Assembly: GCA_963674695.2 (NCBI GenBank)
Contig: CAXXGI010000003.1
Location: 640,001-704,000 of the forward strand
DNA length: 64,000 nt
From: a bacterium
GTDB lineage: Bacteria; UBA10199; 2-02-FULL-44-16; JAAZCA01
Direction: 5' to 3'
How positions within the stretch are numbered: the stretch's first letter is position 1; each line of letters opens with the position of its first letter. The translations under genes were made by a program, and so were the position numbers. Positions 59,454-64,000 of the stretch are shown here, in pieces. Below the pieces are notes generated by a model, which was not told the DNA's origin, ran no database searches, and saw nothing but the letters and a program-made list of their open reading frames with translations.

Positions 59454-60989
59454 TCAGACCTTCAAAGGGCCGGCGGATTTTTCGGCGGCGTGGACCAGTT
59501 CACCCGAGCGCACGAGCTGCGTGCAGGCCTCGATATCGAAGCGAAATTCACGGTCGTTGACCACCGGGGGAACCTCTTTCCGAACGAGCGCATAAGCAGC
59601 CCCCGTCCCCTTCCCCGGACGCCCATGCCGACACTGCAGGTCGATGGCCTGGCAGGCGGCGAAGACCTCGATGGCGATGACATGCTCGACATTGCCGATG
59701 ATCTCGAGCGCCTTGCGCGCTGAGATCGTTCCCATGCTGACGTGATCCTCCTGCCCACCGCTGGTCGGGATAGAGTCGACCGAGGCCGGGTGTGCCAGCA
59801 CCTTATTCTCAGAGACGAGCGAACTCATCGTCACATGCGCAATCATGAGACCGGAGTTGAGCCCGGGTTTAGGCGTCAGGAATTTGGTGACGAGCTCGCC
59901 TGAGAGCGGCGAGGTGAGAATGGCCACGCGGCGCTCGGCAATCGAACCGAGCTCGGCCACCGCCATCCCCATCGTATCCATCGCGAGTGCGAGCGGCTCG
60001 CCATGAAAGTTCCCCCCGGAGAGAATGTCGCCGTCCTCCGGAAAGAGAAGCGGATTGTCGGTACAGGAGCCCACCTCGCGCATAATCACGCCCCTGGCAT
60101 AGTCCACCGCATCTTTGACCGCACCGCTCACCTGCGGAATGCAGCGGAAGGAATACGGGTCCTGCACACGCCGGCATTTGGCGTGCCCCGCTATGATGCG
60201 ACTGCCCACGATGAGTTTTCGGATGTTCGCGGCCGTTGCGATCTGCCCCGGATGCGGACGAATGCGATGAATGCGCGCGTCGAACGGACGACGGCTGGCG
60301 CGATCTCCCTCGATGGAGAGCGCACCGGCGACATCAGCCGCGCGCAGGAGATTCTCCAACCGCACGAGTGCGGCAACCCCCATCGCCGCCATCGCCTGCG
60401 TGCCATTGATGAGGGCGATCCCCTCCTTGGCATGCAGCTCGGCCGGCTTGAGTCCCGCCTTGGCCAGCGCACGCTTTGCCGTCATCTCATGACCGGCATA
60501 CCAGACCTTCCCACGCCCGAGCATCGCCAGGGCCAGGTGCGAGAGCGGCGCGAGATCGCCGCTGGCACCGACCGAGCCCTTCTGCGGAATAATCGGCACG
60601 ATGTCGACATTGATCATGTCGACGAGCAATCGCAGCGTCTCCGGACGAATACCGGAATAGCCGGTCGCGAGCACGTTCGCGCGCAGGAGCATGATGAGCC
60701 GTGCGATCGAGGGCGGAAACGGCTCGCCCACGCCGACGGCGTGCGAGAGGATGAGATTCTGCTGCAAGAGATCGAGGTCGCGCTTCGGGATGCGCTTGTT
60801 CGCGAGCATACCGAAGCCCGTGTTGATGCCATAGAACGGTTCGTTCGATTCGAGCTTCTCCTCGACAAAGAGTCTGGCGCGTTTGAGCCGTGGCAATACG
60901 GATTTTGCTATGGCGACCTTCTGTTTTCCATCGAGAAACCGCGCAAATACGTCCAGTGCAATGGAGCCACCATCGAGTGCAATCGTCAT
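59454..60989 (-). CDS. hutH: Histidine ammonia-lyase
   Basis: YGINTGFG, LQQNLILSHAVGVG, GSVGASGDLAPL (MIO), VQDPYSFRC, SGGNFHGEP, QEDHVSMG. Confidence 0.93.
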   Translation of the reverse strand: MTIALDGGSIALDVFARFLDGKQKVAIAKSVLPRLKRARLFVEEKLESNEPFYGINTGFGMLANKRIPKRDLDLLQQNLILSHAVGVGEPFPPSIARLIMLLRANVLATGYSGIRPETLRLLVDMINVDIVPIIPQKGSVGASGDLAPLSHLALAMLGRGKVWYAGHEMTAKRALAKAGLKPAELHAKEGIALINGTQAMAAMGVAALVRLENLLRAADVAGALSIEGDRASRRPFDARIHRIRPHPGQIATAANIRKLIVGSRIIAGHAKCRRVQDPYSFRCIPQVSGAVKDAVDYARGVIMREVGSCTDNPLLFPEDGDILSGGNFHGEPLALAMDTMGMAVAELGSIAERRVAILTSPLSGELVTKFLTPKPGLNSGLMIAHVTMSSLVSENKVLAHPASVDSIPTSGGQEDHVSMGTISARKALEIIGNVEHVIAIEVFAACQAIDLQCRHGRPGKGTGAAYALVRKEVPPVVNDREFRFDIEACTQLVRSGELVHAAEKSAGPLKV

Positions 60990-61011
60990 GTGGAACCCCT
61001 TTCAATAGCAC

Positions 61012-61041
61012 ATCGAGATCCCCGCTTTCGCGGGGATGACA
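61012..61041. repeat. Single family A REP half
   Basis: ATCGAGATCCCCGCTTTCGCGGGGATGACA. Confidence 0.75.
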
Positions 61042-61101
61042 AAACCATGATATATGCACTCTGTGGTCGCTTCCCGACAACACGATCTTCGATGTCACGA
61101 G

Positions 61102-61806
61102 TTACGAGTCACGGCCTTTAAACCCGATTTCCGCATCGGAGTGGCGAATATAGTTGGGAATGAGCCCAGCCAGATCATCGCCCTGCCCGCGCGAGAGGCG
61201 CTCGTGTGCGAGAATGGCAAGGTTCACCGCCTGCGGAAGGAGCGCACTGCCCGAAAGGATATGGGCGCGCGTGCCCAGCCCCTTCGTCAACTGATCGCCG
61301 TAAGCGATTGTCCCATCGCCGACGAGGAAGAGATCTCCTTCGACCGTCGCAAGTTTTTCGATGAGGACATCGGGTGGCAGCACGCATTCGCCGAGTCGCT
61401 CGACGAGCCCCCCCGACAGGAGCGGCGTAAAGGCCGCGGCATAGAGTTCACCACGGCGCGCGTCGATGAGCGGAACGACGCTGCCGGAAACAGCGGGCGC
61501 ATTGAGCGCGAGGCTCGCCAACGACGAGACGCCCGCAATCGGAATGCGAAGCGCCAGCGCCATGCCCTTGGCCGCGCCCAGACCGATGCGCAGACCCGTG
61601 AACGACCCCGGGCCGATGGCGACGGCAATCCCTTCGATATCGGTGCGATTCCAGCCGGCCACGCCCAGCAGATGTTCGATCGTCCCCATCAACCGTTCGG
61701 CCTGTGTACCGGGAACGCCCTGCTGCTCCTGCGCAACGAGATCAGCACCCTCGGAGAGGGCGACCGAGCCGCGCATGGATGTGGTGTCGATGGAGAGAAG
61801 TTTCAT
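61102..61806 (-). CDS. tsaB: tRNA threonylcarbamoyladenosine biosynthesis protein TsaB
   Basis: LLSIDTT, IAVAIGPGSFTGLRIG, LIDARRGELY, LIPNYIR. Confidence 0.95.
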   Translation of the reverse strand: MKLLSIDTTSMRGSVALSEGADLVAQEQQGVPGTQAERLMGTIEHLLGVAGWNRTDIEGIAVAIGPGSFTGLRIGLGAAKGMALALRIPIAGVSSLASLALNAPAVSGSVVPLIDARRGELYAAAFTPLLSGGLVERLGECVLPPDVLIEKLATVEGDLFLVGDGTIAYGDQLTKGLGTRAHILSGSALLPQAVNLAILAHERLSRGQGDDLAGLIPNYIRHSDAEIGFKGRDS

Positions 61807-61810
61807 AATT

Positions 61811-61953
61811 CGTTAGATGGTGAGATAGTGAGATAGCGAGATGGCTTAATGGCTTAATCGTTAGATCGTGAGATGGCTAAATGGCGTGATGGCTCAAACG
61901 AAAAACCATCTCACGATTTTGCTATCTCACCATCTCACTACCTCACGATCTCA
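61811..61953. repeat. 8-nt-period imperfect palindrome (family C)
   Basis: GTTAGATG-GTGAGATA-GTGAGATA-GCGAGATG-GCTTAATG-GCTTAATC... mirrored by CATCTCAC/TATCTCAC/GATCTCAC units. Confidence 0.85.
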
Positions 61954-63300
61954 CTAAAATAATCCTTTAATCCATGTCCCCACGCCCCAGACTTTTTCCA
62001 TGTCACTCATGGTGACGAGGATCATGATGCCCATCAGAAGAAAGAAACCGACCTGCGTGGCGATTCCACGCACGCGCACCGAAACGGGCTTGCGCCGGAC
62101 GGCCTCGATCGCGAGGAAGAAGAGGTGCCCGCCGTCGAGCACCGGGATCGGCAACAGGTTGAGGATCGAGAGCTGCAGGCTCAAGAATGCCAGAAAATAG
62201 AGGAAGTCGGCCAGGCCTGAAGCCGCTGCCGCCGCGGTCGTCTTGGCGATGATGATCGGGCCGCCGATCACCTTAAAGGAGAGGTTGAAAGTGACGAGTC
62301 GCTTGAGGACATCGAAGGTCAGTCCTAGGAGTTTGATATTTTCACGCTCGCCGGCGACGATCGATTCGACAAAACCATAGCGACGGACCGTCATCGGCAT
62401 ATTCTGATTGCGATCCTTCGTAATGCCGATGAGATAACGCTTCATCGCCTCGTCGTATTGCGGCGTCACCCGAAGGTCGAGGCGCTTCCCGTCACGCTCG
62501 ACGGTGATCGTCGCCTCTTTCCCCTCGCCCTGGGTCACCTTCTGCGACATGTCGAGCCAATCGGTGACGGGATGGCCCGCATAGGCCAGAATGCGATCGC
62601 CGGACTCGATGCCGGCCGCTGCCGCAGCCCCCCCACCCTGCACGCTGCCCACGATCGCTTCGTTGCCGATGAAGAGCATCGGCTCGATGCCGACATATCC
62701 GCCCGGAAGCTCCGCAAGATTGCCCACGACCGTCTTGATCTGCACCGTTTGTCCGTGGCGATCGACGCCGACGTCGATGGTGCGCCCGGGATTGAGCAGA
62801 ATACGATTGAGCACTGCCTCCCAGTCATCAACCTTCTCGCCATCGACGTTTACGATCAGGTCGCCCTTTTCCAGCCCCGCATCCATCGCCGGCGATTCGG
62901 CGCGAACACCGATGAGGCGTGCCGGCTCCTGCAGGAATGTGGGCTCGCTGCGACCGATCATGAAGACCATCGGCATGAGCACGACGGCCAGGATGAGATT
63001 CATGAGCGGTCCGAAGATGACGACTTTGAAGCGTGCCCAGACGCTCTGCATCGCAAAGGATCGCGGATCATTCGCTTCCTCGTCCTCCGGATCCTCCCCG
63101 AGCATCTTCACATAGCCGCCCAGAGGAAGGAGCGAGATGCGATAGTCGGTATCGCCGCGCTTGATGCCGAAGAGCCTCGGCCCGAAACCGAGCGAAAAAG
63201 CCTCGACCTTAATCCCCGCGCGCTTGGCCAAAATGAAATGGCCCAACTCATGGATGAAGATGAGAAATCCGAGGGCGATAAAGAAATAGATAATGGTCAT
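61954..63300 (-). CDS. rseP: RIP metalloprotease RseP
   Basis: HELGH, PLGGYVKM, GPLMN, two PDZ domains, NLLPIPVLDGGH. Confidence 0.96.
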   Translation of the reverse strand: MTIIYFFIALGFLIFIHELGHFILAKRAGIKVEAFSLGFGPRLFGIKRGDTDYRISLLPLGGYVKMLGEDPEDEEANDPRSFAMQSVWARFKVVIFGPLMNLILAVVLMPMVFMIGRSEPTFLQEPARLIGVRAESPAMDAGLEKGDLIVNVDGEKVDDWEAVLNRILLNPGRTIDVGVDRHGQTVQIKTVVGNLAELPGGYVGIEPMLFIGNEAIVGSVQGGGAAAAAGIESGDRILAYAGHPVTDWLDMSQKVTQGEGKEATITVERDGKRLDLRVTPQYDEAMKRYLIGITKDRNQNMPMTVRRYGFVESIVAGERENIKLLGLTFDVLKRLVTFNLSFKVIGGPIIIAKTTAAAAASGLADFLYFLAFLSLQLSILNLLPIPVLDGGHLFFLAIEAVRRKPVSVRVRGIATQVGFFLLMGIMILVTMSDMEKVWGVGTWIKGLF

Positions 63301-63308
63301 GAAATGAA

Positions 63309-63377
63309 TGTCATTCTGAGCGAAGCGAAGAATCCCATGAGCATTTCTGGAGATCCTTCGCTGCGCTCAGGATGACA
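63309..63377. repeat. Palindromic element (family B)
   Basis: TGTCATTCTGAGCGAAGCGAAGAATC...GATCCTTCGCTGCGCTCAGGATGACA. Confidence 0.82.
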
Positions 63378-63402
63378 ACCCCCCTAGAGTTATGAAATAC
63401 TT

Positions 63403-64000
63403 CTACTGTTTCTTCTCCAATTTATCGCGCACACATCCCCGCGCCCAGCGATCGACATCGAGAATCTCGGCGACATCGGTCAATTCACGCGGGTCGTGCT
63501 GTTGCATCGTCTCCTCGACCAGACGCGCAATGTCGAGAAAACCGCAGCGCTCTTCGAGGAATGCCGCGACGGCCACTTCGTTGGCGGCATTGAGCACGGC
63601 CGGCATGGAACGCCCAATCTCGAGTGCTGTGTACGCGAGACTGAGCGCCGGAAAGCGCTCCCGGTCCGGTTCTTCAAAGGTGAGCTGCCCGATCTCGGCC
63701 AGATTCAAGCGTTCGACTCCGCTGGCCACGCGCTCGGGCCAGGCGATGGCATAGGCGATCGGGGCACGCATATCCGGCACGCCCATCTGCGCCAACACAC
63801 AACCATCCCGATATTCCACCATGGAATGCACGATGCTCTGCGGATGCACGACGACGTCGATATGCGCAGGTGCCATATCGAAGAGCCAGCGCGCTTCGAT
63901 CACCTCGAGCCCCTTGTTCATGAGCGTGGCCGAATCAATCGTAATCTTGGCGCCCATGTCCCACTTCGGATGTTTGAGCGCCGCAGCGGGAGTCGTGGCC
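63403..64000 (-). CDS. dxr: 1-deoxy-D-xylulose-5-phosphate reductoisomerase (5' part outside the window)
   Basis: [50 protein letters not shown]. Confidence 0.97.
   Translation of the reverse strand, partial: ATTPAAALKHPKWDMGAKITIDSATLMNKGLEVIEARWLFDMAPAHIDVVVHPQSIVHSMVEYRDGCVLAQMGVPDMRAPIAYAIAWPERVASGVERLNLAEIGQLTFEEPDRERFPALSLAYTALEIGRSMPAVLNAANEVAVAAFLEERCGFLDIARLVEETMQQHDPRELTDVAEILDVDRWARGCVRDKLEKKQ

Overview
64 kb of chromosomal backbone from a GC-rich (roughly 60% by eye) diderm bacterium. Its gene order resembles that of deltaproteobacteria (Desulfobacterota/Myxococcota-like, possibly an uncultured lineage); this placement is an inference. Housekeeping genes: murJ, rpsT, holA, leuS, a ROK kinase, prmA, rsmE, nifU-nifS, rplM-rpsI, pyrG, rpoN-hpf-ptsN-hprK-EIIA-ptsH-ptsI, metK, truA, asd, pssA, psd, hutH, tsaB, rseP and dxr (partial). 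Between them lie large surface or secreted proteins: an FN3-repeat lipoprotein running off the left edge and missed by the ORF track, a double RCC1/Cys-repeat protein, two very acidic leaderless proteins (one with RTX-like repeats), a TolB-like lipoprotein and a propeller/FN3/beta-barrel protein. There is also an AbiEi/AbiEii type IV TA pair. Intergenic DNA is dense with several REP/MITE-like palindrome families. No rRNA, tRNA, CRISPR array, integrase or transposase was seen. Main observations: (1) a candidate polyprotein with a MYXO-CTERM-like anchor, an internal second signal peptide and a C-terminal beta-barrel, carrying a REP element in its linker; (2) five sigma-54 motifs, all in front of surface/secreted-protein loci, including an unassigned locus at 39.8-46.6 kb; (3) a shared CGCAACTTCA-N12-GCCGATA sigma-28-like promoter at two genes; (4) absence of kds/lpt (LPS) and ilv/leu genes from their usual syntenic positions; (5) a Cys-rich MerR regulator with an operator palindrome heading nifUS; (6) a candidate attenuator upstream of the DUF465-psd-pssA genes.
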